From Hyphochytrium catenoides (taxonomy: Eukaryota; Protista; Hyphochytriomycota): a stretch of DNA of 64,000 bases. The first letter of the stretch is position 1; each line of letters opens with the position of its first letter. The stretch spans positions 124,001 to 188,000 of the forward strand of contig FLMG01001570.1 in assembly GCA_900088475.1 (NCBI GenBank). The letters run 5' to 3'. The notes below the pieces were generated by a model. It did not search any database. It saw only the letters and a list, made by a program, of their open reading frames with translations, and was not told the origin of the DNA. The position numbers were made by a program, and so were the translations under genes. Shown in pieces: positions 53,215 through 64,000 of the stretch.

Positions 53215-55492
53215 TCAAATAGTAATAGTTGAAGATGATACGAACAGCGCAAACGGAGCCATTAGTTCTCGAGCTGCGAAGTAGATGATCACTCCCCCAA
53301 TGACACTGATAGGTAAGGCTGGTAAGGCACGATGGTAGATCGCAAGAAGGCCGAGAGTGATCAGTAGTCCCTAAAGTGCCGGTCACAGTTATTGCATGAC
53401 TCAGCGAGTGTTCAAACAAAGCTACCTACCATGAGAACAACCGTGAAACAACTAGCCATCTCGCAAAAGCCTGAGAGCCCAGCCCGAGCTACTAGGGTGC
53501 TATAGAAGATGAAGTCGCCCAACCCAAGTTTGATAGAATTGTACTTTTCTTCCTCTTGATGCAGGAAGTAAGGCACAGGCAGGCTTACATGTCAAGCTTT
53601 TTGCGTTACCTTCGTCAAACTTAGCATGAACCGTTGGCATATGGCTCGGGACTGGAGGATAAGGGGCGTCTTGAGCGACCGCCTTCACGTTGTATCGATG
53701 ATAGAGGGCAGGCCATAAAGAATCTTCTCGGCCTGCAAACTTCTTAGCGACCATGCTCAGAAAGCTTTCATCGAGCTTTTGAGGATTGTATTGGCTGTAA
53801 AATGCTGCGAGGTTCCTTTGTAAAGTTTGCGCTTTCTCTTCTTGGGCTTCGATTGACAGTACCACGACGCCCTGCGTGTAAAGTTAGTAAATGTTTAACT
53901 AAAAATAGCACCATCTGCAAACCTTATTTCCCTCAAGGTCCTCGATCTCTTTCACTGCTTGGTATGAGTACGGCACTTCTGCTTCATAGATTAACCCAGG
54001 CATTGGTCGCCCTTCTTTCTGCATCAACTTGACCTGCAGGGCGCAAGTTCAGTCAGCTTTTGCTGCATTCCACCCAACCCTGGTGAAAGCTACTCCTTTT
54101 GCCTATACTACGGTAAGCTCCTACCAGCCATCGCAAGGGTCCGCATGGCGTCAGGACGGCAACAATATCGTAGAGTGCCAAAGCACAGAGGATAGTCCAC
54201 ACGCTCCACTGGAATGGCGCAGATATGAGAGCTAGGCCTTCTGCGAACAAGGTCGTGACGGCAGATAGTGCCTACCTCAGGCCACATAGATAGCTGCCAC
54301 GCCATTATGATACTGATCAGAACAAGATAAGCCTGTTCCATAACCAGAGATACTCCCTACATATGATTTGGTCCGTGGTGAAAGGTAAGAAGAGTGAAAC
54401 AAAGCCAACTTTAGCTTCGTCACGAAGATCAGAGTTCTCGCGAGTATTCGCAGAAGCAGATAGCGACAATTCAAACTTCCACTGCGGGTTGATGCAGTCA
54501 GGAAGGACAAGAGGATAGGAGCCCAACGGGGGAGCCAGTGTAAGAGAAACAAACATTACATTACCCAGCCGGAGATGCTCAAGACTGTTTAAGAGAAAAG
54601 ACTGATAAAATGTACTTAGAGAAAAGAACGTCTTGCGGATAAGAAGATAGGAGTTGACAGGTGGACTATGAAAACCTCTTGTCAGTAAGTATAGTTCCAT
54701 TACCTTTTGATAGAAGACAGCCGTGGTACCAACGACAGCGAAGTTGTAGATTATAATGACGAAAGCCAGCCAGTCAGCGTAGCAGTGCCACCTGCCAAGC
54801 AGCAGCCTGACCATATACCCACCCATCCAGCCTAGGAGCAGGGCTGAGGAACAGATAAGGTAGACTAAAAGCGCCTAATCATGAATGTACGAGAAGTATG
54901 GGGTTAGGTAAGAGCCATAAACATCCAGAAAGAGATGTAAAGCTCCAACACAGACGTCTCATACAATCGCAAGAGAAGGTAGAATTGTTGGGAACGGGAG
55001 GAAGCCTTTGTGGAGTCATACCTTCATACAGTTATATTTGTACAGAAGGACAACCACCAACGTAAGAGCTGCCATCACCATAATGATGATTAGGGCGTTT
55101 ACGAGAGACTGATATAACTTGACTCCAACGTCTTTCTCCTCGATGTCAGTTGTTTTGTAGGCCAGATAACTAGCCATACTAGACGCCATCTCCCCATCTC
55201 TAAGATAGTAGCATAGCAGACTAGAGAAGATCATAGTCGCCGCCACCGGCCAAACAATCACCCCGAATGACTCAATGCAGTGAGAAAGGTCTCCGCTCTT
55301 GATTCTAGGCGCTTCTCTAGGCCTTGAGTCTGCATTTTGAAGGTCATTCTCGTCATGACCGGATGTTCCAAGTAAAGGCTCCCTACGTCGACACTGGGAT
55401 CAGTCTTGAATATAAGGCAGTGCAGTGCAGTAATCATTCCCTTACCGTGCTGAGTCCAAAGAAGACCCTCGTGTTGAGTTTTGATTCCCCAT
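53215..55492 (-). CDS. PSEN: Presenilin (gamma-secretase catalytic subunit, A22 family), multi-exon
   Basis: TM exons with the catalytic [16 protein letters not shown] (YD) and [12 protein letters not shown] (GxGD), plus ALPALPIS (PAL). The first exon [16 protein letters not shown] begins at 55492 and the stop is at 53217-53215. Confidence 0.95.
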
Positions 55493-56343
55493 TCGTGTGC
55501 TCCTCTACCTGGTTGGGAGGACTCTGACGGTAGAGGTCTGTCTTGCAATCTTGTCTTCAGGTACCCACCTCATCGTGCCATTCTTGCGACTTCCGAGCCC
55601 GTAAAAGCTCAGCTGGGAATGGCCCTGTAAAACCGTTCAGGGTTACCGGGTAGAGGGTAAACCTCTCATAGACTTGTTGCAGAATGGCTCCACTCAGTTA
55701 CCTACATGCGCACTGTAGCAGGGGCCTGAGACAAGACTCCTTGAGAGAAGAGAGTCTCCAATGTTAGGGAAGCAAATAGGAGACGGGAGCTTCCTAGAAG
55801 ATTTCCTAGAGTAATGAGAGCGTAGATCAAGTGCTCATTGTCGCCGCGGTGCCATGCAAATACCTTGCCGCTCCTGTTGCATGCAGTTAGCTCGCCGCTC
55901 TGGTACAAGTGGCAGCAATTGGCTTCTGCAGAGAAGGGAAGAAAGGAAAACGACCATCAACAGGCAGAAAGGCCAGCAGGACTCTTATTATCTCCTACAA
56001 CTAGCACCGCTTCGCTTCAGAGCTTCAAGGAAACCACACTGATAACCGTACAAGATAACCAAGTAGTGATTTAACCTCTTGATATGGAGGATTGGTTTTC
56101 AATTCTGTTGCTTCTGATGATTTTCGCAGACAGAAGCAGCTGCCAAGCAATTCGGTGAAAATTGAGTGAAAATGATTTCTTGAGCATTCTCTCACTAATC
56201 AAAAAGGCCTGCGGCGAGAAACACGGCGCTGAGTATTGACGGCCTCGAATTGCCATCTTGGTGTACGCGGCTATAGAGAGCTAGAGACTCTGTTGGGCTT
56301 CCTTGCTTTGTATGTGTAAATTTTACCTGTAAGTCGCAAAGAG

Positions 56344-59324
56344 ATGGCCGGTCAGCTCACGGCTTTTGAGGTGGCCAGTCTTCGAAAAGCCTTGGAGCAA
56401 TGTGACGCTGAGACTAAGAGATTCATTCAGCCCATCCTCAAGTATGATCCAGTTCAGAAAGCGCTATTAAGGTAGGGTGAGACACACTCTACTTCAACAT
56501 TTTGTCATAGCTCTCATCATGACCTGTCTCTTTGCGGTCGGGCCTCTCAATCAATCCCCTGCTTCTTTCTGTCGCCCCGTCAGCTTCCTTCGTGATGACT
56601 CCAAATCTTTCGAAGAGTGGATCTGGGATCCTGCTGCCCACCAAGCCCTCTCTCGCTTTAGAGGAGAAGTGGAGGAGGAGAGCTCCTACAAGGAGAGCCT
56701 AGACGAACAAGTCTCTTCGAAGTTTGTGAGCGCCGTAAATGGGTTTTCTGACCAGGTCTGTAAGAAGTCTTTCCTTACCCCTTAGATTTGCCTTAGTAGA
56801 CTGTAAAGACGATTGCTCTCGTTCTCTATACCTGACGAGCCTTTACAAAGATTCTCATGATTCAATAGCCTTATAGCTTCCCTGTCCTCTAGACACTATT
56901 TCCGTTTACTTTTCATTAATCTGGTATCGGCTTCTTCAGCTTTGAGCATTCCTTCCTTAAAAAATCTCCTCCTCAGTCAAATGTTTATCCTACTAGTGGG
57001 CCCAGTGTCCTTTCTAGCAGACTTCATTATAGCTCTGACGTTCCTCCTACCTGCGTGCTTTCAGAGGGAGACAAATTTGGAGGAAGCTATTCAGACCGCC
57101 AAGTTATTGAAAGAAGATGGATCAGAGAGGTTTAAGGAAGGGAACAGCTACGCAGCAGGCAGACTCTACGAAAGGGCTGTTGACGCGCTGGAGCCCCTTG
57201 TCTTAGGGACGCTAGGGAGAGAAGAAGCTTGCAGGACTGGAGATACGATGGAGCTGAGAAACGAGGCTGCATCCCTTTACGTAGTGTGTTGCAGCAATGC
57301 AGCTCTGTCTGCAATGAAGAGCGATTCTCCATCTCAGGCGAGGGTCTTCGCTAACAAGGTATTGCCTACTCCGCGGACTCTATGTGTCCGTGTCTCCCTT
57401 TCGGTACTTTCTCGTAGGTGTGGTGTCCCCCGACGTTTCTCCTCTCTTGCCTTTGTGCAATCTTATTGTCTTCGTTGGTCAGTTCAGCATCTTGCCCCCA
57501 CTCGTACATTCCCCCTCTATCTAAATTTCTTGCTCCCGCTTCTATATCCACCACTGAAACTTTATACGATTTTTATCTCTTCTGATCCCACCTTATGCCG
57601 TGTAACTTCCCTTGACCTCTAAAGCTTTTCATGCTCCAATTAGCTAGATTTGCCCCGTCGCTCAATTTCAGTGCGCTCTATGTAACAGCTACCTCTTGCT
57701 CTCATAGGCCCTACACGTAAATAAGTGTTGGCTTAAAGCTTGGTATATCCGAGCCAAGGCAAATCTCCTTCTCTCACAGCTGGATGACGCTCTTTCTGAT
57801 GCTAATCTGGTGCTTGAGCGGGAACCTAACAACAAAGAGGCCCTGAGCCTCCGTGCAAGGATTGAAAAAAAGCTGAGGGAGAAAAGCAGGCTAGTACAAC
57901 AATACTACAAAGACCAAGAGAAGGAAGAGGAAAGAGATAAGAAGGAGGATACCATTGAGCTCGGATTTAGCACTTCCGGTAGGGAACTGTCTATGGAAAG
58001 GGCTGCCACATACTGGCGCATTGGCTCGCATCGTCTTCTGTCATTTATCGCTGATATAACTCGCCAACCCGATAGCCCTCAACAAATGCATGTATCTTAC
58101 GTGATGCTCACCAACTCGAAATCGATGTCGTAGTCTTGCTCATTGTCTCTGTCGGTATCATCCACTTGTGCTTTCCAGGCTCAGGAACGCAACGGCGACC
58201 CCCAGTGGTCCGAGTTATTTCATCGGGCGACAAGAGATATCTTCCCTTAGAGCTTCCGCCCCCAGCTACACCATCTGCCATTTTGGAGGACTATTTGCAT
58301 TATTGCAAGAGAGAGGTAGGAAGCAAGATCACATTAACACTGCGGGTGGTGCGGCGCAGTAGAACTTCTGACTGACCCAATGGCGTTAGTGCTTTAGTGC
58401 CTTTCCGATTCGCCGACTTGCTTGTTTCTTATTGAGCTGCTTACCTGGCACCTGCACTTTTTTATCATTTCATCCCATTTCTTCCCTGACTTTGACCTCT
58501 TGTTCTGTTCAGTATGAGTTTATACTCGATGAGGATACTCGCGGCCCCTCTTATCTTTTCACGCTCAGTCTTGACGGAAGTAAAGAGCCCTTCGCTGAAG
58601 GCGCTAGAAAGGGGTCGAAGAAGGAGGCGAAAAACGACTGTGCGACTCAAGCCATAAGGAGAATGCATATAGAGAAACCGGAGCTTATTCCCCCACCAGA
58701 TTATAAACAGCAGTTAAGACGGGAGGCACTGAAAAAGAAGCTGAGCTATGATACTGAGAACAAGGAGTTCAAACAATGGGAAAACCACGAAAAATGGGAC
58801 GAAGAAAGGAGAAAACGGAAGCCCCCAGCTGCTTTAGTCCATGAAGATGCTGCACGGTATATGCTTGAGGTAATAGCCTGCTTCTTCTGTATTCCCTAAT
58901 ACTCATCGCCTTCTTCTTCAGATAGGTTGCTTTTTGCCTTCTTTGCTTGCCTTAGCCACTACCTTTTTCCAAGTTGGTGCTCACCGAGACCTGTCACCTC
59001 CATTAGCTTCTTGTGCTAGAAGTTTGCCATAACCTTCTTGTGCTGCTGGTTATCGAGTCATGTTTGCACCCATCTAATTGTCCTCTGTATCAGTTGGAAG
59101 AAGAGTTATTAATGCCCGAAGGACCAGACAAGCCACGTCAGTACATCTACAAAATAGACGGGGAGGTAGCCGGTATCGGTTTCGGAGAAAAGAAGCAGGT
59201 AGCCAAGGAGATGGCAGCACGACAAGCCTTGGAGTTTATTGAGAAGAAGATTAAGGCAGAACTCCAGCTCTTAAGTAGCGATGGCGGAGATATACCTCAG
59301 GAAACTCCTCCTTGCAACTGCTAA
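56344..59324 (+). CDS. TPR-repeat protein with two C-terminal double-stranded RNA-binding domains
   Basis: TPR triplet AKLLKEDGSERFKEG..CSNAALSAMK..KAWYIRAKA..EPNNKEA. dsRBD-like segments PSAILEDY..YEF..GSKKEAKNDCATQAI and EGPDKPRQYIYKIDGEVAGIGFGEKKQVAKEMAARQAL. Introns are GT-AG. Confidence 0.82.
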
Positions 59325-60266
59325 AAAGGGAGGGTGAACGGACAAGGACAAACCCACCGAAGGGGTAACTTGTACACACCGCATCGTCACGATCGGTAAA
59401 AGTTTACATCATTGCATGGAAACCGTTCAAGCTTGTTCTGGGCCACTGGGGTTCAATCACCGCAGGTACTTTCCTGGGGAGGAAGCAAGCAGCAGAATGC
59501 CTTTTGAAGGTGCATCCCGTATGATGGAACCAGGTGGCCTCACGCTGTTGGTCCGTTATCAACTTTAGGACTGGTATAACCAGGGACACGAGGGTCAAAG
59601 CAAGTCCTGTGTTGGGCACTGCGAACAACTACTACTTCTCATTCACGAAACTACGGCTCGTAGGAGAGGACCGCATCGTTGGTGAAGTAGGGAAACAGCT
59701 AATACTAACGATCCAAGACCCTCCCCTCCATACGGGCAACCTCAAGACTACTAGGTGCACAGGAGGCTCTAGTATTGAGACCCAGTCCAAAGAATAAAAC
59801 CCCGAGATTGCTTCTACAAAGCATCAAACACAAAGGGCCGAAGGTGGATGACCAGATTGACGGACTGATTTGTACTATTGCTTGTTCAGCGTTATAGGGC
59901 CATCTTGAAAGCAAGGCACGTGCTGCACAGTCATTGGATTGATGTAGACAACTTGAAGACTCAGGGATTTCATAGAGTATATATTTAGCGGTTAAGAAGT
60001 GTACGCTCTACTTGATCACCAAAAGGTAAATAGGCGAGAAACTCTGGGACTATCGTCGCACACTTTTCTGCTTCCCTTGTTCAGGCCAAACCTACCTGAT
60101 AAAGTTAAGAGAGCAGTGAAGACCATCTAGGAAATCAACGGTCTCCTACCATCAGATTGCAATCCCACATAAGTACCCAATTGTCAAGGAGAGAGAGCGG
60201 GAGACTTTGATTGATGAGGTACATGGCGCCTATGGACGCTCGTGACTGGTTGGAGCAATCGAGCTT

Positions 60267-63200
60267 CTAGTACTCGAGAGCTTCCACGTCCGCCATGACC
60301 TCATCTATCAAAGTCTCCAGCTCTCTATCCTCGGCAAGGAGGGACTTATCGGGAAGGCGATTGTGTGGTTGGAAGGCGTTGCCTTCATAGAAGCTATTCA
60401 CTGCTAGCTTCACTTCATCAGGTACCTCCAAGTCCAACGGAACCGGGATCGGGGAGAGAGAGATCGCCTCATCTTTTCCGGCTGGTCGGACTTCAGGCAG
60501 ATCAAGAGCCTTCCAAACAGGTGTATTGCGCCCTCCCGCTTTTTCTTGGGCAGACAAGGTAGACGATGAATTAGTGTCCGTTAATAGCTGACAGACTTCA
60601 GCCTGGAACTGATCTCCAGAAGCCGGCTTGCCCACATTCCTGTCCACCTTCTGCGGACTCTCCCCAAAATTTAGTCGTTGCGGTCCACATACGACATTCA
60701 TTCCAGATGGAGAGTTTTCCTTCCTACTTGATTCTTGTTGCGATGGCTGGGACGGCAAAGGTTGTCGTGTCAGCTTGAGCTTTGGTGTAGCCGATGCTGT
60801 CTCTTCTTGTCCCCCTTGACCTACCATAGTCTTTCCTTTGGACGCCTCGTCGGCTGCAACATCAGAGACACGGCCATTTCTGGTGACACGAGGGGTTAAG
60901 ACCACAGGGGGAACTGGCTCCTTGACCTTCATGGCTTGCCTTGGACGGGGTCTCCTAGCCCTAAAGATGGGCCGAGCAGCAGCTCTGGACGATGCGGTAG
61001 AAGAATAAGCACGCGGAAGAGGCTGGGAGCTGCTATTCCCTACACTAGGACGAGATCCCGGCGAGACTCTGACCTCCGAAGACTTGTCAGAGATTGACCC
61101 CACCCTAGAATCAAGGAGTGGCCGGGCAACGGTAGTGGGCATGGGAGAACCAGTGGGCTTTGAAGGACCAGCATCTATCAGGGGACATAAAATCTTGGAA
61201 GGAGGACCGTCGATATCGGACGTAGCAATCTGTGGTCTCGTGTGTACAGGCTCTTGGATACCAAGCGCTGAGGAAGACAAGCTCTGGCCCTGTACTTCAG
61301 AAGCCTGAGGGCACTCAACGCAAGGCACTGATCGGGACAAAGGGTAAATGGAAGCATGGCCGTCTAACTCGGCGTCTTGCACAGTTGGTTGTGGTGACAA
61401 AGGGGAGGCTGTGACCGCATCTTGGATAGGCTCCGGGGAGTCCAGAAGTGGGAATACCGGGAAAGATAGCTTAGAGGTTGCTGGACTACTAGGGGCTGGA
61501 GTGCTCCCAAGGGCGCCACGGTCGATCACCGACTGAACCGTCAACGGATCAGAAGCCATTGTGCAGGTTGCAGCGCTTGAGGTCAGCGTCTGCCCGGCAC
61601 CAGAAGTAATACCATTGGGTGACGGCACTGTACGAATTGGATTTGAAGCATCCTTAGAGCAAGAGGAAGCGACAGATACATCAGGGCAGAAAGGACAGGA
61701 CGGAGAACATGACCCCGTTTTTGACATCGGGCTGCTAGGAGGCGTAGCTCGAAGTGGCGGAAGAAGGATGTCGCAGTCATCCCCATCTAAAGGACCGAGT
61801 GAAGAAGTTCTCTTAGGCTTTTTGCGAAGCAAAGAGGAGCTCGGAAGGGGGGTCTTGGCCGCAGAGTCTGCACTGTAGTCTGGATCAGCATCCACCAGAT
61901 AGGCAAGAGACCTAGTCTTGCTAGAAGGGTTCAGGCTAGAGCTCGCTGTAGTCAACCTGGGGGTGGAGACTGCTGCTTGAAAGCTACCCTGGACCGTAGA
62001 CGACATAGCGGCGCAATCGAGCGTGGAAGCCGTAAATGCAGCGCCAAGAGGAGAGCCAGCAACAGATGTCGGTGGATTAGAAAGTGATTGAGGTAGAGCT
62101 CCGTGCTCCGTTGAAGAACCAAGCTGAGTACCATTGACCAGAGTGCCACTCGTAGGGCGATTGGGGTGAGAGCTTTTGTCGCTCCAAGAGTCGTCTAAAG
62201 TAGTGCCACAGTTAATACTAGCGTTACCAGAGAGAGATAGAGCTTCAGATGTCACGCTGGCTGGTTGAACGATAGACCTTGCGTTGGTGTTACCGGAACC
62301 ACAAGACGTAGAGGAGGGAGTCGATCGCGTGGGACGAGAGTTGGCTTCCGATACAATGAGGTGCCCCTCAGACTTGTCGGCGGTGACTGGAGATCCAGAG
62401 GTAATCCCAGGGTCAGAGCTGGTAGACTGAGAATTACCGTTAACTTGATCATCAAAGGGGTCTGAGATGGAGCTCGTGAAAGAGATGGCCGAGCTTGACT
62501 CAACAAGACGAAGATTAGGGACAATGGTCGGTGCTTGAGTGTTCAAAGCAGGTGCAGGTTCCTGAGGGGGAGAAGGGGACAGATCCTGAATGACACCGAG
62601 TTCCGAAGAAGGTTGAGGGACTAGGGACATGGCTGACTGGCTCTGGAAAGCTGGATAGTACATGGTCGAAGGACTTGCAGGCGAACTCCAGATATCATTG
62701 CTGTCGAACCAAGCCGTATGTTGGGACTCACTAAGCCATTGGAAGATGAAGAGGAAGAGCGCAACCGAAATACTCAGGAGAAACAGAACCGTAAGGGACC
62801 AAAGTAGGCAGCTCCCAACGAGGGCGATCAGGTTCGGACCGTTGAGGCAGAGATTGATCAATGCGTGACCCACAACAGTGCCCATACCCGTCAAAAATGC
62901 GCGGATGAGTTCCCAGCCGGCGATGAGGCAGAGGAGAGACCTGACGGACGCGTTGGGATATACAAGAGACGAGCCGAGATTAGCCGCGAAGTCCACCTTG
63001 AGGCTGAGAGCAGGAGTATCAGCGGCGGCGACATTCGTGATCGAGAACAGGGCCGTGATGATGAAGAGTAGTAGAAACGAGAGCCTCCACATACTTGGAA
63101 TAGGTGTAAAGAGATGGAGGTTTATTGCGGAGATCGTCAAGTTTGCGGTCGCAAAGGTTAGGATCTGAGCTCTATTTAAGAACTTTTGAAGTGATTGTAA

Positions 63201-63377
63201 GCTGACAATGAGCTTGAAAGCGGCGACACCAGTCGTGATTCCGATCTCCTTTCCGGGTCGATTATGCCTCTTTCTACAATTGCTTTCGTCCTGCAGCAGC
63301 TGGAGATCACACACAGCAGCAGTGCACAATCTCCAGCTGCTGTTCGTCGCGAAGAGTCGCATGCCAAAAGGCAGCAA
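60267..63377 (-). CDS. Intronless orphan ORF with hydrophobic N-terminal segments followed by ~800 aa of Ser/Pro/Thr-rich low-complexity sequence
   Basis: 3.1 kb open frame. Signal-peptide-like MWRLSFLLLFIITALFSITNVAAA starts at the ATG near 63092 and is followed by 2-3 hydrophobic helices. No recognisable domain. Confidence 0.55.
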   Translation of the reverse strand: MLPFGMRLFATNSSWRLCTAAVCDLQLLQDESNCRKRHNRPGKEIGITTGVAAFKLIVSLQSLQKFLNRAQILTFATANLTISAINLHLFTPIPSMWRLSFLLLFIITALFSITNVAAADTPALSLKVDFAANLGSSLVYPNASVRSLLCLIAGWELIRAFLTGMGTVVGHALINLCLNGPNLIALVGSCLLWSLTVLFLLSISVALFLFIFQWLSESQHTAWFDSNDIWSSPASPSTMYYPAFQSQSAMSLVPQPSSELGVIQDLSPSPPQEPAPALNTQAPTIVPNLRLVESSSAISFTSSISDPFDDQVNGNSQSTSSDPGITSGSPVTADKSEGHLIVSEANSRPTRSTPSSTSCGSGNTNARSIVQPASVTSEALSLSGNASINCGTTLDDSWSDKSSHPNRPTSGTLVNGTQLGSSTEHGALPQSLSNPPTSVAGSPLGAAFTASTLDCAAMSSTVQGSFQAAVSTPRLTTASSSLNPSSKTRSLAYLVDADPDYSADSAAKTPLPSSSLLRKKPKRTSSLGPLDGDDCDILLPPLRATPPSSPMSKTGSCSPSCPFCPDVSVASSCSKDASNPIRTVPSPNGITSGAGQTLTSSAATCTMASDPLTVQSVIDRGALGSTPAPSSPATSKLSFPVFPLLDSPEPIQDAVTASPLSPQPTVQDAELDGHASIYPLSRSVPCVECPQASEVQGQSLSSSALGIQEPVHTRPQIATSDIDGPPSKILCPLIDAGPSKPTGSPMPTTVARPLLDSRVGSISDKSSEVRVSPGSRPSVGNSSSQPLPRAYSSTASSRAAARPIFRARRPRPRQAMKVKEPVPPVVLTPRVTRNGRVSDVAADEASKGKTMVGQGGQEETASATPKLKLTRQPLPSQPSQQESSRKENSPSGMNVVCGPQRLNFGESPQKVDRNVGKPASGDQFQAEVCQLLTDTNSSSTLSAQEKAGGRNTPVWKALDLPEVRPAGKDEAISLSPIPVPLDLEVPDEVKLAVNSFYEGNAFQPHNRLPDKSLLAEDRELETLIDEVMADVEALEY

Positions 63378-63802
63378 TGAATCCAGTGCGCACTGCGTTA
63401 GAGAAGACCCCGCGTCCAGCTAGGCGCCTGCTGGTAGCTTTTCTTTGAGAGGATCCGCCCGCGAAAGGTTGACGGTGAGCGCAGCAGCAAGTACGGAAGG
63501 CATTAGCGAAGGGTCACATCTGTCAGAGGAACATAAAGGCTGAGAAAGACAAACGACGGTCACCGTAAGAAGAACAGCGTGATGGTTCCGACGCTAGTCG
63601 AAGAGAAACAAAAGAGGAATTCTCAAGCGACCCATCAAGCATCGTCGAACGCGGCGGTGACTGGAAATGACCGTAGAAGGACGAAAGGAATCAGAAGGTA
63701 AGAACAAAGAAATGGAGAAAGGACAGATCATCCCTTGTTTTGTCGTATTCTCTTCGCTGGTCCTTCTCAGCCGCGTCTGTTCTCTTTATCTGCTGCCTAC
63801 TG

Positions 63803-63822
63803 CTCTCTCTCTCTCTCTCTCT
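63803..63822 (+). repeat. (CT)n microsatellite
   Basis: A run of CT units is directly visible. Confidence 0.9.
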
Positions 63823-64000
63823 GGTTAGCGTTCTTGCTTCCCGAAGGCGACAGGCCAATCTGGAGCCTCTATGGTCTCCTTCCATCAAGAGAAGAATGGC
63901 TGGGTACAGGGAAGCATGGTCAGGAGGATAGCAATTGTCCATGGAAATCAAAAGTGTTAATCCTCCTAGGTAAGCAAGGTAAAACAGGAGAAGGACAGGA

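Noticed and set aside
59313-59324. C-terminal CNC* of the TPR-dsRBD protein as a Rab-type prenylation signal
   Set aside because: CXC prenylation requires a Rab fold bound by REP, so this is likely coincidental.
59404-59660. LFAVP..TLVSLVIPVLKLITDQQ on the minus strand, resembling RecQ/DEAD helicase motif Ia
   Set aside because: It is a single weak motif with no intact Walker A or DExH nearby, which is not enough to call a pseudogene.
1-64000. CRISPR arrays, rRNA or tRNA genes, intact transposons, alternative genetic code
   Set aside because: No repeat-spacer arrays, RNA gene signatures or intact RT/transposase ORFs were seen. The conserved genes translate normally and end in TAA, TAG or TGA.

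Overview
Gene-dense, intron-rich (GT-AG) eukaryotic genomic DNA in the standard genetic code. The protein sequences look like those of a protist, plausibly a stramenopile (inference only). In order, the window holds: the 3' part of a peroxisomal FAR-DHAPAT (FARAT-like) fusion gene; a TMF1 golgin; a conserved-looking gene with a degenerate U-box-like motif; about 3 kb of decayed coding-like DNA, possibly a D5-type helicase relic; EMC3; a head-to-head pair of TALE homeobox genes; triosephosphate isomerase; a ~16 kb gene for a giant protein with about 26 tandem C2 domains; NOT2; a Tudor/coiled-coil/EF-hand protein; a PP2C with a large insertion; a probable LINE endonuclease remnant; presenilin; a TPR plus 2x dsRBD protein; and a 3.1 kb intronless orphan ORF. 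The standout is the TALE pair at 18.8-22.7 kb. One gene carries MEIS/KNOX-type MEINOX motifs and the other a PBX-type PBC-B-like motif, so the two halves of the ancient heterodimerising TALE module sit in one divergent cassette. This makes it a candidate mating-type or life-cycle switch locus. All domain calls are by-eye motif recognition; no searches were run.
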